This document shows, in pieces, positions 62,464-64,000 of a stretch of 64,000 nt of DNA (positions are counted from its first letter, which is position 1; the number at the start of each line of letters is the position of its first letter). Both the position numbers and the translations under genes were made by a program. The notes beneath the pieces were generated by a model. It did not search any database. It saw only the letters and a program-made list of their open reading frames with translations, and was not told the DNA's origin. Origin of the DNA: Selaginella moellendorffii (lineage: Eukaryota > Plantae > Lycopodiophyta). Where the stretch lies: assembly GCF_000143415.4 (NCBI RefSeq), contig NW_003314276.1, positions 1,972,107 through 2,036,106 on the forward strand, in the 5' to 3' direction.

Positions 62464-63749
62464 TCTAAAAGTGCAGAAAAGAAGTTAAGACCATACAAAA
62501 AATGATTGGAGAATGGCCTAAATCATAACATACCAAACAACCTCAAGGCCACATGCCATTATTCAAACATGCTATTGACACCCACGTGAAATTTCGCATT
62601 CACAAAATTGGCATGAGGCCTCATGCCATCTTGATATACACACAGCTGCAAGCAAGTAAAAACATACATGACAATACGCTAGCCATGAAATTGCAAGGGC
62701 CCAAGATGGCATGTGGCCTCATGCCATTTCTAAATGTGGTCCTAAGCCATTCCATGGTGAACATACCAGGAAGCACAAGTGCCGAATATCAAGAGGAAGC
62801 GGTAGCCACACCAAAGACAGTGCCGCTCACAACACCGCAAGTACTCGTAGTGCCGCTCGCAACACTGCAACTGCTCGTAGCGCCGCTCGCACAAACTGCC
62901 ACTCGCATAAATTGCCGCTCGCAATGGTGCTCGCAATGCCGCAACCGCTCGTAGACGCATAAACCACAGCCCACAACGCCGCTTACACAAGCAGCGCTCA
63001 CTGCGCTCAGCGGAACCAAAAACACGGCGCACAAAAATGATAGACCTAGGAATGAGTTCGAGAATTCAAAAATAACACACGCTTGAACGTCACATCAAAT
63101 CCTCTGACAAACCAGATTTTATGATTCCTCTGACAAATTTCAAACTGAGTAGCTTCTAGACTTTGCTGTCGGAGGTTGAACTTTGTCACATCATGTCCTT
63201 GCCTCGATTCAGCTGTGCCATGTCAGTGATTCGAACTTTGCCATGCCATGTCAGCAATCCGCGCCAAGATTATTCGCCGTGTAAAGGAATAATTATGCTG
63301 TGTGTGTACGTCCATTTATGGCAATATAAGGCCACACGCCATTCAAAGAATAATGCTAGTCGAGCATTTTTTGGTGCATTTTTGGGTTCAAAATTGCATG
63401 AGCCCACACGCTATAAAGTTTACCTGTACCAAAAATAAAAACAGCTTTATTTATTTGGGAATTTAAGTGGTTGAGGCATTTTTAAACTTACAAACACATG
63501 CCTTACTTACATTCCTTTGGTTGCTTAAAATTCAAAAATATTATAAACTTTTTTTTTTGCATTTTCAATGTTTTCAATTATGGTTTTTGATTTTCGCAGG
63601 ACCAGCCTAGTAATTTATTTGCATCCCGTCATGTTTATAGCTAGCTTTCATTTGTCCCCTTCGCTAGCCTGAGATACATTTGCTCGGCATCTGCCTCTTA
63701 CAGCATTTGCCCAGAAAGGGCATCTTTCTTCACGCAGCATTTGCCACAT

Positions 63750-63776
63750 GTTTAGGGTTTAGGGTTTAGGGTTTAG
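63750..63776 (+). repeat. Interstitial telomeric repeat (TTTAGGG) x3.5
   Basis: GTTTAGGGTTTAGGGTTTAGGGTTTAG. Confidence 0.85.
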
Positions 63777-64000
63777 CAATTCAGTAGCTTGATAAACATG
63801 CAAATACAGAACTTGATGCAAAATCCTTTGATATGTCACAATGCCCCTAGGACCATAAACACATTTCAATAGAGAGGGTCCATTCATTTCATAACTCCTT
63901 ACATAGATCTTGGTGAAACCAGAGTTAGTGAAGTTAGTTTCTTGTGATCCCGCATCTGATTGTGATGTTCCTTTGCAGTGTCGATGGAAAGGTCAATGCA

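Larger units (their letters stand above)
52986..64000. repeat. Large inverted repeat: arms 52986-57699 and 59358-64000 (right arm runs off the window), spacer ~1.65 kb
   Basis: Arms are highly similar reverse complements, each holding a transposase gene, arranged tail to tail. Confidence 0.93.
57766..64000 (-). mobile_element. Second, inverted copy of the Sola-like transposon (one end at 57766, continues beyond the window)
   Basis: Same 22-bp terminal motif as 32784, palindrome-rich subterminal 1.6 kb, transposase on the minus strand. Confidence 0.6.

Overview
Land-plant nuclear DNA. Compact genes and very short GT-AG introns (47-82 nt) suggest a Selaginella-like lycophyte; this is an inference. 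1-14 kb is a gene-dense block: a NIT4-type nitrilase, a type I MADS-box gene, a two-finger Dof gene with an EAR motif, a C2H2 zinc-finger gene, an RKD-type RWP-RK gene and a triplicated segment encoding a His/Pro-rich membrane protein. 16.0-23.6 kb is a young full-length Ty3/gypsy chromovirus (TSD CTTAT) whose integrase is interrupted by two spliceosomal-type introns. Related non-coding LTR elements lie at 28.9-32.8 and 43.5-51.1 kb, and a decayed one at 37.3-43.1 kb. From 32.8 kb to the window end is a large DNA transposon, about 11.5 kb once nested LTR elements are removed, plus an inverted second copy. It encodes a Sola-like DDD transposase, an FCP1/HAD-like phosphatase and a split gene whose product resembles a ParB/Srx domain fused to a degenerate beta-class DNA methyltransferase fold. 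This element is studded with more than 25 copies of a 22-bp palindrome (ATGGCRTGWGGCCWCAYGCCAT) that I did not find elsewhere in the window. The best candidates for novel systems are this ParB/parS-like transposon module and the intron-containing chromovirus. All domain calls are by eye from motifs; no searches were run.
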